Shown piece by piece: positions 21,460-32,273 of a stretch of 64,000 bases of DNA (positions are counted from its first letter, which is position 1; every line of letters starts with the position of its first letter). A model generated the notes under the pieces. The model was not told the DNA's origin. It was given only the letters and a program-made list of their open reading frames with translations, and searched no databases. A program made the position numbers and the translations under genes. This DNA comes from Candidatus Eiseniibacteriota bacterium (GTDB taxonomy: Bacteria; Eisenbacteria; RBG-16-71-46). The stretch is from positions 160,001 through 224,000 of the forward strand of contig OY970178.1 in assembly GCA_963707915.1 (NCBI GenBank), read 5' to 3'.

Positions 21460-21841
21460 GGTCCCTCTCCCTGTCCGGCCGTGCGAACCGCATCAACTGC
21501 GTGAAGGTGCCGGCGACGTCACGATCGCCCACCTTCCGGCGGCGGCCAGTCAAGGTCTTCCGCATCTCGCGAGGCGGGTCGCGGGGCCGGTGAGTGGGCC
21601 AGGGCGATCCACCAGGCGAGGACCACGGGTTCCCGAACTCACCGAATCGTTGGATGCGCGGGAACCCGGCGCGAACCACCCGCCATGGGGCCGGAACCGC
21701 CGGTCGCGACCCGTGCCACGACACCGCCACGGTCCGGCGGGGAGTCCGCTCCAGGGCCCGGCCGCAGCCGGCCGGCGGTGGCCCGTCGGTGCGCGGGGCC
21801 GGGTGGGCCGCGGCCTGCCGGCCCCGCACCTCGTCGCGGTC

Positions 21842-22828
21842 TCAGCGCCCGCGGCCCGGTTCCCTCGGAGCGGCACCCTGCGGTCCGGGCACTCCGGCGA
21901 GCCACCGCACGGTGTTCAGCACCAGTCGCGGATGGTGCGCGGCCTCGGGCGAGTTCATGCCCGCCGGCACGCGCTGTGGCCCGGCCAGCTGGGCGGTGAG
22001 CATCGCGGCCTCGCCGAACACCACGACGCGGCCGCGGCCGTGCGTGAGCGCCGCGGCGACCAGCATGCCGTCCGCGCGGACCTGGGGCGTGAGGGGCGAG
22101 AACTGCCAGGCAACCTCGGGCAGCAGCACGACCGAGCCGCGGCCCATCTCGAGCAACGTGTCCACCGGCATCGCGGTACGGAACGCTTGCCCGGTGAACA
22201 CCTTCACCGAGTCCACGCGCTCGGCGGGGCCGCGTCCGTCGGTGACCGGGTGGGCGTGGAGAAGCCCGTCGCCGCGGCGCAGCACGAATTCGCTCTGCCC
22301 GCTCGCGTCCTGCGCGAAGCCGTTCGACAGGAACACTCCGAACGCCGCCGCCAGTTCCTCCGCGGCGCCGCCGAACGGCATGTGATCGGCCACCAGCAGC
22401 AGCGAGCCGCCATCGCGCACCCAGGCTTCGACCACGCGCACCTCGGTGGGGTCGAAGGCCGACGCCACCGGCAGGTGCCAGGCCTCCACGTTGCGCTCTG
22501 CGAGTGCGTTCGAGATCACCAGCACGCGGGCGGAGTCGAGGGCGGCACGGGTGAACGGGCCGGCGTGGGGGCGCAGCACGAAGCCGTCGCGCGCGACCAG
22601 CCGCGCGAACGCGGCGAAGCGCCCGCCGAGCGTGTGAAAGTTGTGGTGGCCCTCGTCGATCAGCACGACCGGTCCCATGCCGGGCGCGAAGGCGGGGCGC
22701 GCGATCGGCGGCGCGAACGTGGTATCGGGCACCTGCTGGGCGAGCGCGCGGAGCGGGACCAGCAGGGCCAGCAGCGCGACGGCGAACCAGGGGAGACGGG
22801 AAGAGCGACGGGGCGGGAGCGCGAACAC
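21842..22828 (-). CDS. Exported DUF4350 / GATase-like fold protein
   Basis: Signal peptide, VLIDEGHHNFH, WVRDGGSLLLVADHMPFG and GRGRVVVFGEAAM. Confidence 0.75.
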   Translation of the reverse strand: MFALPPRRSSRLPWFAVALLALLVPLRALAQQVPDTTFAPPIARPAFAPGMGPVVLIDEGHHNFHTLGGRFAAFARLVARDGFVLRPHAGPFTRAALDSARVLVISNALAERNVEAWHLPVASAFDPTEVRVVEAWVRDGGSLLLVADHMPFGGAAEELAAAFGVFLSNGFAQDASGQSEFVLRRGDGLLHAHPVTDGRGPAERVDSVKVFTGQAFRTAMPVDTLLEMGRGSVVLLPEVAWQFSPLTPQVRADGMLVAAALTHGRGRVVVFGEAAMLTAQLAGPQRVPAGMNSPEAAHHPRLVLNTVRWLAGVPGPQGAAPREPGRGR

Positions 22829-22955
22829 GGGTTCCTCCGGGAGTGGGCGGCCAGGACTCGCATGCGGGGGGCCCCAGACTACGCCCGGAGAAGCGATCCG
22901 TTCCAGCGCCACGTGGTTCGCACGGCGTGGGCCGGCATCCGCCCCGCGGCGGCGG

Positions 22956-23906
22956 CTACGCGGCCAGCGCCGTGGTCCCGCCGTCCTGCAGCCCGGCGAG
23001 CATGCTCTCGGTCTCGCGGGTGACCCGGTCCAGGATGGGCGCCATCGTCTCGACGTCGTTGAGCTCGAGATCGGAGAAGACGTGCTCGATCGAGAAGTCG
23101 ATGTCCCGCTGGACGCCCCCGATGCCGAGATGCTGACAGACGAGGTTGCCCGCGTGGACCAGGCGGTGCGCGGGAGTGGCCCGGGCACCGCCCTGGTAGC
23201 GGTGGTGCCCGCCGGCCGCGCTGACGACGGCAGGGGACATGCCCCAGCTGCCCAGCACGTGGGCGCCGGTCTCCTCGTGGAGCTGGGAGATGAGGATCTC
23301 CACCATCGCCTCGCCGAGCACGACCCCGCGGTTCTGCTTCTCGGACTCCGCGACGGCGTTGACGAGCACGGGCGTGCCGGTGTCGTGCAGGAGCCCCATC
23401 AGGAACGCACTGTCCCGCTCCAGCCCGGTGGCCACCGACAGCGACTCGCAGGCCACCGCCGTCCCGAGGGAGAGCTTCCACGACTCCTCGAGGATCGAGC
23501 GGTACGCGCGCGCGGAGAAGATTCGCATACGGACCGACTCGGCGAAGACCATGTCCTGCACGACCCGCGATCCCATGCGCATCAGGGCCGGTGTCACGCC
23601 TTCGATCCGGCTCCCGCCGGCGTAGGCCGCGGAATTGGCGATCACCAGGATCCGCGCGGCCAGGACGGGGTCGGTCTCGATCACCTGGGCGATCTCGTCG
23701 ATGGTCGTGTCCGGGTTCTGGGAGAGCTGGAGGATCCGGCCCGCCACGTTGGGAAGCCGCGGGATCTCGAGCGTGTTGGACTCGAGCTTCCGGCGGACGT
23801 GGTTCTTTAGCGCCTCCACCAGGCTGTCGTCCAGCCCGTAGGAGGCCCCGTCGACGTTGTAGACCACGTTCGCGGGCGGGCGATAGGGCTTCTTCCTCTC
23901 CAGCAT
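22956..23906 (-). CDS. HDOD domain protein
   Basis: IPRLPNVA, IETDPVLAARILVIANSA, GLLHDTG and HEETGAHVLGSW. Confidence 0.9.
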   Translation of the reverse strand: MLERKKPYRPPANVVYNVDGASYGLDDSLVEALKNHVRRKLESNTLEIPRLPNVAGRILQLSQNPDTTIDEIAQVIETDPVLAARILVIANSAAYAGGSRIEGVTPALMRMGSRVVQDMVFAESVRMRIFSARAYRSILEESWKLSLGTAVACESLSVATGLERDSAFLMGLLHDTGTPVLVNAVAESEKQNRGVVLGEAMVEILISQLHEETGAHVLGSWGMSPAVVSAAGGHHRYQGGARATPAHRLVHAGNLVCQHLGIGGVQRDIDFSIEHVFSDLELNDVETMAPILDRVTRETESMLAGLQDGGTTALAA

Positions 23907-24151
23907 GGATCGGATCCTCGAGGGAACGACCGGGGCTCGCTTCGTTATCGGCCGGGGGGGCGTGGACTTGAACCGCAAGTCCGTTCGCTCGGCGCGCGCG
24001 GCAGGCAGACGTTGCGGGTGCCCGGTGGGTGGTGCCCGGCGCCGGCCTTGCCCGCCGGCTCGGACCGGGGGCGGCAGCGGACTTCGCGCCGGCGTCCCGC
24101 TGAGATACCCTCTGCCCGCATCGGGGGGACACCCGCGCGATCACGAGGAGG

Positions 24152-25300
24152 ATGGCCGCCATGAACGCTTCGGGATCCTTGGCAACGCGCATTCGGATTC
24201 TCGGCTGCCTGCTGGCGATGGCGGCTGGCGCTCCGTGGCACGCGGCATCGGCCGCGCCGGCGAACGTGGCCCCCTCGGCCCGCGAGCGGAGCCTGATCGA
24301 GACGCAGCTCCTGCCGCTGCCGACCCGGGTGCAGGTGGCCGTGGCGCTGGTCCGGGGCGACTCCGTGCGCTTCCTCGGGGCCGAGCGGACGCCGGAGGGC
24401 ATCCGCTACCTCGACAATCGCGCGGGCGTCTTCGAGATCGGCTCCATCACCAAGGTCTTCACCGCGACCCTGCTCGCGCAGCAGGTCCGCAACGGCGCGG
24501 TGACCCTGGACACGCCGGTCAAGCGGCTGGTGCCCTTCGAGCTGAAGGCGCCCGGGCGCGACGGCGTGGACGTGACGTTGAAGCAGCTGGCCAACCACAC
24601 GTCGGGGATGTGCCACCAGCCCCCGGGGCTCAACCAGCACGCGCTCTTTCACCTGCACCTGCGCGAACCGTTCCGGGACTACGACCGGAAGCGCTTCGAG
24701 CATTACCTGCAGCGCGAGATGAAGCTGGGGTTCACTCCCGGCACGAAATACAGCTACTCGAACATGGGCATGAGCCTGGTGGGCTACGTCCTCGCCCTGC
24801 GGACCGGGAAGAGCTACGAGGAACTGCTCCAGGCGGGCCTCTTCGGTCCGCTGGGCATGCGATCGTCCACCACGGACCTGGCCCGGGTCCGGGCCCGCGT
24901 GGTGAGCGGGGTGGAGAAGGAGGGTGTGATGGCGCCCAACTGGGACATGAACGCCCTGGCACCCGCGGGCGGCATCAAGACGAGCGCCGAGGACTTCGCC
25001 CGGTTCGTCCAGACCCAGTTCGAGCCGGACCCGGCGATCGCCCTGACGCAGCAGCCCACCTTCAAGATCGAGGACGGCTACTCCGTGGCGCTGGGCTGGC
25101 ACGTCGTCGACCGCCGGAACGGCGAGCGCTGGCTCAACCACGGCGGCGGCATGGGGGGCTACACGGCCATCGTGAACGTGAACGTGCGCCGGAAGCTGGG
25201 CGTCGTCGTCCTCTCCAATCTCGGCAACGCCCACAAGCTGGCGGAGAACGTCTCGCAGCTCGGGCGGGGACTGCTCAAGGAGATGGAGGCGCTCCCGTGA
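24152..25300 (+). CDS. Serine hydrolase (class C beta-lactamase/PBP-like family)
   Basis: FEIGSITK (SxxK), YSYSN and NHGGGMGGY, with signal peptide. Confidence 0.9.
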   Translation: MAAMNASGSLATRIRILGCLLAMAAGAPWHAASAAPANVAPSARERSLIETQLLPLPTRVQVAVALVRGDSVRFLGAERTPEGIRYLDNRAGVFEIGSITKVFTATLLAQQVRNGAVTLDTPVKRLVPFELKAPGRDGVDVTLKQLANHTSGMCHQPPGLNQHALFHLHLREPFRDYDRKRFEHYLQREMKLGFTPGTKYSYSNMGMSLVGYVLALRTGKSYEELLQAGLFGPLGMRSSTTDLARVRARVVSGVEKEGVMAPNWDMNALAPAGGIKTSAEDFARFVQTQFEPDPAIALTQQPTFKIEDGYSVALGWHVVDRRNGERWLNHGGGMGGYTAIVNVNVRRKLGVVVLSNLGNAHKLAENVSQLGRGLLKEMEALP

Positions 25301-25451
25301 CCCATGCGGCTCGTTCGTCCTCGGTTGCCCGTGCGAACCGCGGTGTGAGGGCGGCCCGCCGGTCCCGGCGGCCTCTCGTGGAGGGATCCTGAGCGAGTCG
25401 CGGAAGCGCGCGGTCGAGTCGACGCCCGGGCGGTCACGGCCGGCCGGCGCC

Positions 25452-28016
25452 GTGCTGGATCTCGGTGGACTCCCCGGACTGGGTGCGGCGGAGGCCCGGG
25501 CGCGGCTGCTGCAGGAGGGGCTGAACGAGCTGCCCGCGCAGCAGAAGCGGAGCCTGCTGACCATCGGCCTCGAGGTCGCCCGCGAGCCGATGTTCCTCAT
25601 GCTGGTCGCGGCGGGAAGCCTGTACCTCGTCATGGGCGAGCTGGCCGACGCCCTGATGCTGCTCGGCTTCGTCTTCGTCGTCATGGCCATCACCATCATC
25701 CAGGAGCGCCGCACGGAGCGCGCGCTGGAGGCGCTTCGCGACCTGTCGAGCCCGCGGGCCCTCGTCGTCCGCGACGGGGTGCACCAGCGCATCGCCGGTC
25801 GCGAGGTGGTGCGGGGCGACCTCGTCGTGCTCGCCGAGGGCGACCGCGTCCCCGCGGACGGCCTGCTGCGGCGCGGCATCAACCTCACGGTGGACGAGTC
25901 GCTGCTGACCGGGGAGTCGGTCCCGGTGCGGAAGGCCCCGTCGGCCGATGCCGCGGCGCTCGACCAGCCGGGTGGCGACGACCTGCCCTCGGTGTTCTCC
26001 GGGACGCTGGTCACCGCCGGGCAGGGCATCGCCGAGATCGCGGCGACGGGCCTGTCCTCGGAGCTCGGCAAGATCGGCAAGGCGCTGCAGCAGGTCGAGC
26101 AGGAGCCGACGCTGCTGCAGAAGGAGACCGGGCGGCTGGTCCGCATCTTCGCGCTGGTGGGGCTCATCGCCTGCGCGATCGTGGTGGTCGCCTACGCGCT
26201 CACGCGCGGGGGCGGCGCCGCCGTCTGGAAGCAGAGCTTCCTCGCCGGCATCGCCATGGCCATGGCGGTGCTGCCCGAGGAGTTCCCGGTGGTGCTGACG
26301 GTCTTCCTGGCACTCGGGGCCTGGCGCATCTCCCGCAACCACGTGCTCACCCGGCGGATGCCGGCGGTCGAGACGCTGGGGGCCGCCACCGTCCTTTGCG
26401 TCGACAAGACGGGGACGCTCACGCAGAACCGGATGACGCTGCGGCGGCTCGCCGCATCGGGCGTCTCCATCGACCTCGCGTCGAGCCCGGGCGCGCTCCC
26501 GGAGGCGCTGCACGGGCTCCTCGAGCACGCGATCCTGGCGAGCCGGAGCGACCCCTTCGACCCGATGGAACAGGCGCTGCACGTGGCGGGGAACGCGCTG
26601 ATCCGGGACACGGAGCACCTGCACCCGGGATGGTCGCTGGCGCGCGAGTACCCGCTCACCCCCGGCCTGCTCGCGGTGAGCCATGCGTGGCACACCGGCG
26701 TCGGGGACGAGGTGGTGGTGGCGGCCAAGGGCGCCCCGGAGGCCATCGCGGATCTCTGCCACCTCGCGCCGGCGCAGCAGGAATCGCTGTCGCGGGAGGT
26801 GGCGGAGCTGGCGTCGCAGGGTCTCCGGGTCATCGGTGTCGCGCGCGGGGACACGCACCGGGAGGACCTGCCCGAGGAGCACCACGACCTCGCGCTCGAG
26901 TTCGTCGGCCTGCTCGGGTTCGAGGACCCGCTGCGGTCCACCGTGCCGGCCGCGGTCGCCGAGTGCCAGGCCGCCGGGGTCCGCGTGGTGATGATCACCG
27001 GCGACTACCCCGCGACGGCCCAGAGCATCGCCCGCCAGGCGGGGCTGGCGAACTGCGACACGGTGATCAGCGGACCCGAGCTCGACCGGATGTCGGACGA
27101 GGACGTCGCCCGACGCATCCGGGACGTGCAGGTCTTCGCCCGCGTCGTCCCGGAGCAGAAGCTGCGCATCGTCAACGCCCTGAAGGCCAATGACGAGATC
27201 GTCGCCATGACCGGCGACGGGGTCAACGACGCCCCGGCGCTGAAGGCGGCGCACATCGGCATCGCCATGGGCGGTCGTGGCACGGACGTGGCCCGCGAGT
27301 CGGCCTCGCTCGTGCTGCTGGACGACGACTTCTCGTCCATCGTCGCGGCCGTGCGGCTCGGCCGGCGCATCTTCGACAACATCAAGAAGGCGATCGCCTT
27401 CATCCTGGCCGTGCACGTGCCCATCGCCGGCCTGTCGATGATCCCGGTCTTCTTCGCCGACTGGCCGCTGCTCCTGCTGCCGGTCCACATCGTGTTCCTG
27501 GAGCTGATCATCGACCCTTCGTGCTCCCTCATCTTCGAGGCCGAGGAGGCCGAGGCCGACGTGATGCGGCGGCCGCCGCGCAGCCCGCACGAGCGGCTGT
27601 TCTCGATGCGGACGAGCGGGATCGCGCTGCTCCAGGGCGTCAGCGTCCTCGTGAGCTGCCTGGGCGTCTTCCTGCTCGCCCGCCCCGGCCACACCGTCAT
27701 GGTCACGCGGGCGATGACCTTCGCGACGCTGGTGGTGGCCTTCGTCGTCATCATCCTCGTCAACCGGTCGTGGACGCGGTCCGCGATCTCGATGTTGCGC
27801 GTTCCCAACTCCGCGATGCGATGGGTGGTGCTCGGCGCATGCGGATTCCTCGCGGTGATCCTCACGGTCCCGTTCGCGCAGCGACTGTTCCACTTCGCGC
27901 CGCTTCACACGGCGGACGCCGTCTTGAGCCTCGGGGCCGGACTGGCCTGCGTCCTGTGGGTCGAGCTGCTGAAGCTCGCGCGGCAGCGACCGGGGCCGGG
28001 GGAGGTCCGGCGATGA
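25452..28016 (+). CDS. Cation-translocating P-type ATPase (P2, Ca2+-like)
   Basis: LTGES, VLPEEFP, DKTGTLT, KGAPE, ITGDY and TGDGVNDAPAL. Confidence 0.95.
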   Translation: MLDLGGLPGLGAAEARARLLQEGLNELPAQQKRSLLTIGLEVAREPMFLMLVAAGSLYLVMGELADALMLLGFVFVVMAITIIQERRTERALEALRDLSSPRALVVRDGVHQRIAGREVVRGDLVVLAEGDRVPADGLLRRGINLTVDESLLTGESVPVRKAPSADAAALDQPGGDDLPSVFSGTLVTAGQGIAEIAATGLSSELGKIGKALQQVEQEPTLLQKETGRLVRIFALVGLIACAIVVVAYALTRGGGAAVWKQSFLAGIAMAMAVLPEEFPVVLTVFLALGAWRISRNHVLTRRMPAVETLGAATVLCVDKTGTLTQNRMTLRRLAASGVSIDLASSPGALPEALHGLLEHAILASRSDPFDPMEQALHVAGNALIRDTEHLHPGWSLAREYPLTPGLLAVSHAWHTGVGDEVVVAAKGAPEAIADLCHLAPAQQESLSREVAELASQGLRVIGVARGDTHREDLPEEHHDLALEFVGLLGFEDPLRSTVPAAVAECQAAGVRVVMITGDYPATAQSIARQAGLANCDTVISGPELDRMSDEDVARRIRDVQVFARVVPEQKLRIVNALKANDEIVAMTGDGVNDAPALKAAHIGIAMGGRGTDVARESASLVLLDDDFSSIVAAVRLGRRIFDNIKKAIAFILAVHVPIAGLSMIPVFFADWPLLLLPVHIVFLELIIDPSCSLIFEAEEAEADVMRRPPRSPHERLFSMRTSGIALLQGVSVLVSCLGVFLLARPGHTVMVTRAMTFATLVVAFVVIILVNRSWTRSAISMLRVPNSAMRWVVLGACGFLAVILTVPFAQRLFHFAPLHTADAVLSLGAGLACVLWVELLKLARQRPGPGEVRR

Positions 28017-29074
28017 GGGGCGAGCTGGCGGCGACACGCACGAAGCTGGTCTGGATCGCGGTGGTCCTGGTGGTGCTGGTCTGGGCGCTGCGCGACGTCG
28101 CGATCCTGGTCGGCTACTCGGTGCTGCTCGCCTACGCCCTGCTGCCCGTCGTCGATGGGATCGAGCGCCTGCGCTTCGGTCGCGACCGGCACCTTCCGAG
28201 AGGTCTCGTGGCGGCGGTGGTGATGCTCGCCCTGGTCGGCCTGGTGGGGTGGGTGCTCGCCCTGACCGTTCCGCAGCTCGGAGCCGAGGCGGCACGGCTC
28301 GCCTCGGCCGCGCCCGCGACCCTCACGAAGCTGATCGACGGCGTCGACCGCTACGCCGGGGCGAACGGCCTCGATCCCTGGCTCGGCCCGGCGATCGACG
28401 GCGCGCGGAACGACGTGCCGGGATTGCTCCGGCGTCTCGGCGGCACGCTGGCCGGGTCGGTGGGCCGCCTGTCCGGCAGCCTGGACAAGCTGCTCGGGCT
28501 CGCGCTGCTGCCGCTGCTGGCCTTCTACCTGCTGGCCGAGTCCGCGGCCGTGAGGATCAGCGCCTTGCGGTTCGTGCCCGACGAGATGCGGCCCGAGATC
28601 GCCCGCCTCGGCGCCGCCGTGGATCGTGCGCTGCGCAGCTACGTGCGCGGCCAGGCGATGGTGTGCCTGGCCACCGGGGCGGTGGTGGGCATCGCGTTCG
28701 CGTTGCTGCACTACCCGGCCGCCCTTCTGCTCGGGCTCCTCGCCGGGATCGCCGAGCTCGTCCCCTACCTGGGCTTCACCGTCGCCGCCGTCACCATCGC
28801 GCTCGCCGGTCTCAGCGTGGACCCGGTCCACGCGTTGCTCGGCGTCGGGACCTACACGGTCCTCAACTGGACGATCGGCACGTTCGTCACGCCGCGCGTG
28901 ATGGGGCGATTCCTCAAGATGCACGCCTTCGTCGTCACGGTGAGCGTGCTCGCCGGCGCCCGGCTCCTGGGCCCCGCGGGCGCCCTGCTGGCCCTGCCCG
29001 GCGCCGCCATGCTGCAGGCGCTGGTCGGGGAGCTGGCGGGCCCGACGGCGGGCGAGCGGAAGGCCGCCGGCTGA
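28013..29074 (+). CDS. AI-2E family transporter
   Basis: LAYALLPVV, YVRGQ, ELVPYLG, PRVMGR and GALLALP. ATGA overlap with the ATPase gene. Confidence 0.88.
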   Translation: MRGELAATRTKLVWIAVVLVVLVWALRDVAILVGYSVLLAYALLPVVDGIERLRFGRDRHLPRGLVAAVVMLALVGLVGWVLALTVPQLGAEAARLASAAPATLTKLIDGVDRYAGANGLDPWLGPAIDGARNDVPGLLRRLGGTLAGSVGRLSGSLDKLLGLALLPLLAFYLLAESAAVRISALRFVPDEMRPEIARLGAAVDRALRSYVRGQAMVCLATGAVVGIAFALLHYPAALLLGLLAGIAELVPYLGFTVAAVTIALAGLSVDPVHALLGVGTYTVLNWTIGTFVTPRVMGRFLKMHAFVVTVSVLAGARLLGPAGALLALPGAAMLQALVGELAGPTAGERKAAG

Positions 29075-29089
29075 CCGCGCAGAGCGCTC

Positions 29090-29563
29090 CTAGCGGTCGG
29101 CGGCGCGGGCGCTGCGGCCGCGGAAGGTCCAGCGGTGGTTCAGCCCGAAGTTGACGCCCAGCGCCAGCACGACGCCCAGCGCCTGGGCCAGGTAGATCCA
29201 CAGGCCCAGCCACTCGCGCAGCACCACGCTGCCGGTCCACTGCAACAGCGCCGCGGCGGCGGACACCAGGCAGAACTTCCCCAGCCTCCCGAACCAGTGC
29301 GGTGCCCCGGCACGCTCCCGGTCGCCCCAGGTCCAGCGGTCGTTGAGCACGAAGTTGGTCAGGATGCTGACCAGGATGCCCGCGGCCTGCGCCGCGCGCG
29401 CCTGCCACGCGCCCCAGGCCCCCGGGAGCAGCGCCAGTGCCGATCCGAGCACGGCAAGGTTGACCGCCACTCCGCTGGCGCCCACGGTGCAGAAGCGGAG
29501 AAGGCGTGGCGGGAGCGGCAGCCGCTCGAGCGACTCGTCGACCTTGCGGAGCAGCGCGCGCAT
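29090..29563 (-). CDS. GtrA family protein
   Basis: LLRFCTVGASGVAVNL, NFVLNDRWTW and NFGLNHRWTF. Confidence 0.88.
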   Translation of the reverse strand: MRALLRKVDESLERLPLPPRLLRFCTVGASGVAVNLAVLGSALALLPGAWGAWQARAAQAAGILVSILTNFVLNDRWTWGDRERAGAPHWFGRLGKFCLVSAAAALLQWTGSVVLREWLGLWIYLAQALGVVLALGVNFGLNHRWTFRGRSARAADR

Positions 29564-29825
29564 GGGGAGCAGGCTACCCGCTCGGATGGAGATGTCAACG
29601 ATCACGCGGCGCGGGTGCGCCGGCCGGGCCGGCCGGCGCACGCGGGAGGATACCGCCGCGGGTCCGCCGGGCTTCGCGCTCGAGCGGACACGAGCGCAAG
29701 CGGGCACGGCGGGCGACCTTGGTGTTGCCGGTCCGGGAGTGGTACCTTGCGGGCGACCGCAACGCTCAGGCCCGCTAGAAGCGCACGGTGACGGAAGGCG
29801 GAACCCGCTGCTCGAGACGACGCGT

Positions 29826-31262
29826 ATGGCCACGGGCCCCGACGACGCAGCGACGCTGAAGCTGCCCTTGATCATCCAGGGTGGCATGGGGGTGGGAGTC
29901 TCCAACTGGCGGCTCGCACAGGCGGTGTCCCGCCTCGGGCAGCTGGGGGTGGTCTCGGGCACGGCGCTGGACACCGTCTTCGCGCGCCGGCTCCAGTGCG
30001 GTGACCTGGGCGGCCACATGCGCCGCGCGATGGAGAGGTTCCCCATCCCGCAGGCGGCGGCGGACGCGTTGAAGCGTTACTTCCACCCCGACGGGCTTCC
30101 GCCGGGAGCGCCGTACGCCACGCTGCCCATGCCCCAGCAGGTGATGAGCAAGGCGCGCCAGCAATTCACCATGCTGGCGGCGTTCGTCGAGGTCCAACTC
30201 GCGAGGGAGGGCCACGACGGGCCGGTCGGGATCAACCTGCTGACCAAGGTGCAGCACTCGAACCTGCCGCTGCTGTACGGCGCGATGCTCGCCGGGGTGG
30301 GTTTCGTGCTGATGGGCGCGGGCATCCCGCGCGAGATCCCCGCGGCGCTCGACGCGCTCGCGCTGCACCAGCCGGCCGCGCTGCGCCTGGAGGTCGAGGG
30401 CGGCACCACCGGCCCCGGCCAGTACCTGAGGCTGGACCCGGCGGGCTTCTGGGAGAGCGCGCCGCCACCCATCGGCCGGCCGCTGTTCCTGCCCATCGTC
30501 GCCAGCCACTCGCTCGCGACGATGCTGGCGCGCAAGGCCTCCGGCCGCGTGGACGGCTTCGTCATCGAGGGCCCCACCGCCGGGGGGCACAACGCGCCGC
30601 CGCGCGGGGGCAGCGGGCCGGCTGGGCCGGGCGAGATCGCGTACGGGCCGCGCGACGTGGTGGACCTCGCGAAGGTCCGCGAGCTGGGCCTGCCGTTCTG
30701 GGTGGCGGGCGGGGAGGGCTCGCCGCAGCGGCTGCGCGAGGCGCTCGCGGCCGGGGCGGCCGGCATCCAGGTGGGCACCCTGTTCGCCTACTGCGACGAG
30801 TCCGGGATCGAGCCCGGACTGCGCGGCACCGTGCTGGAGCACCTCGCGCGCGGCGAGATCGTGGTGCGCACCGATTCGCGCGCGTCGCCGACGGGCTACC
30901 CGTTCAAGGTGGTCACCTGGGGCGCGGTCGCCGCGGTACGCAAGCGCGTCTGCGACCTGGGCTACCTGCGCACCGCCTACCAGATGCCGGACGGGCGCAT
31001 CGGCTACCGCTGCCCGAGCGAGCCGGAGGAGACGTTCGTCGCCAAGGGCGGCGACGCCGCGGACACGGTGGGGCGCCTGTGCCTGTGCAACTCCCTGCTC
31101 GCCACCATCGGGCTCCCGCAGGCGCGTGCCGAGGGCAACCCCGAGCCCCAGGTGCTGACCAGCGGCGATGACCTCGTCCAGCTCGGCGGCTTCCTCGCCG
31201 GTCGCACGCGCTACGCGGCGGCGGACGTCGTCGCCTACCTGCTCGAGGGCGCCACCGCCTAG
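29826..31262 (+). CDS. Nitronate monooxygenase family protein
   Basis: PLIIQGGMGVGVS, MGAGIP, EGPTAGGHNAPPRG and GIQVGTLFA. Confidence 0.9.
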   Translation: MATGPDDAATLKLPLIIQGGMGVGVSNWRLAQAVSRLGQLGVVSGTALDTVFARRLQCGDLGGHMRRAMERFPIPQAAADALKRYFHPDGLPPGAPYATLPMPQQVMSKARQQFTMLAAFVEVQLAREGHDGPVGINLLTKVQHSNLPLLYGAMLAGVGFVLMGAGIPREIPAALDALALHQPAALRLEVEGGTTGPGQYLRLDPAGFWESAPPPIGRPLFLPIVASHSLATMLARKASGRVDGFVIEGPTAGGHNAPPRGGSGPAGPGEIAYGPRDVVDLAKVRELGLPFWVAGGEGSPQRLREALAAGAAGIQVGTLFAYCDESGIEPGLRGTVLEHLARGEIVVRTDSRASPTGYPFKVVTWGAVAAVRKRVCDLGYLRTAYQMPDGRIGYRCPSEPEETFVAKGGDAADTVGRLCLCNSLLATIGLPQARAEGNPEPQVLTSGDDLVQLGGFLAGRTRYAAADVVAYLLEGATA

Positions 31263-31281
31263 CCCCGGCCGCCGCGCCCGC

Positions 31282-32082
31282 TCAACTCCGCGGACCGCGC
31301 CGGCGCCGCGGGCGCTCGCCGGCCACCACGGTCACCCGGTAGGTCCCGCTGCGCTCGTCCTTGCTCAGCGCGACGACCTTCGCCTCCTGCGCGTCCTCCA
31401 GCAACTCGCTGAAGCTGCCGTAGCCGAGGGCCCCCTCGCTGAAGGCGGGGCGCTTGCGCTTCATGGTGTCCTTCACCAACGACGCCTGGATCACGTCGAT
31501 GTTCTCCCGCTGCAGCGCCCGCACCGTGTCCGCCAGCAGCCGGAACGCCTCGTCCTTGTCGTGCGCGGGCCGGGCCCCGGCCCGCGCCGGCTCCGGGCCG
31601 TGCTCGAGGTCCTCGTAGTAGATGAACTCGTCGCAGGCGTTGGCCAGCAGCGCGGAGGTGGACGCCTTCATGCCCAGGCCGATGACGTGCTTGCCGTTCT
31701 CCTTGAGCTTGGCGACCAGCGGGGAGAAGTCGCTGTCGCCGGAGACGACCACGAACGTGTCGATGTGCTCCTTGCTCCAGCTCAGGTCCATGGCGTCCAC
31801 GACCAGGCGGATGTCCGCGGAGTTCTTGCCGGTGCTCTCGCGGCGCGGGATCTCGATCAGTTCGATGCCGTTCTCGTGCAGGCTCTGGGTGTGCCCGCGG
31901 AATCGGTGCCAGTCGGCGTAAGCCACCTTGACGATGACCTTGCCCTTCTCGAGCAGGCGGTCGAGGACGCGCCGCACCTCGAAGGGGGCGCTGGCGTCGC
32001 GCAGGCCCAGCGCGATGTTCTCGAAGTCGATGAACACGGCGATCTGCAACTGGGGTCCGCCGGTCGTGGGCGACGCGGGCAT
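31282..32082 (-). CDS. NYN (LabA/DUF88) domain protein with C-terminal OST-HTH
   Basis: AVFIDFEN, GKNSADIRL, SGDSDFSPL, CDEFIYY and GYGSFSELL. Confidence 0.92.
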   Translation of the reverse strand: MPASPTTGGPQLQIAVFIDFENIALGLRDASAPFEVRRVLDRLLEKGKVIVKVAYADWHRFRGHTQSLHENGIELIEIPRRESTGKNSADIRLVVDAMDLSWSKEHIDTFVVVSGDSDFSPLVAKLKENGKHVIGLGMKASTSALLANACDEFIYYEDLEHGPEPARAGARPAHDKDEAFRLLADTVRALQRENIDVIQASLVKDTMKRKRPAFSEGALGYGSFSELLEDAQEAKVVALSKDERSGTYRVTVVAGERPRRRRGPRS

Positions 32083-32273
32083 CGGGCACCTCCGGGGCTG
32101 GGTGGATGGGGGGAACGGAGGCATCATGGAACCGCGCGGCCGGCGGCACAAGCCGGGCGGAGCGCCGCCGCGGCGGGGTCCGCGGCCGGGCGCACTTGAA
32201 ACGGCGGACGGCCGGAGCGTAGGGTCGCCGTGACCGTCGCTGGCGAAGGCACACCTGGACCCGAGGAGAGACC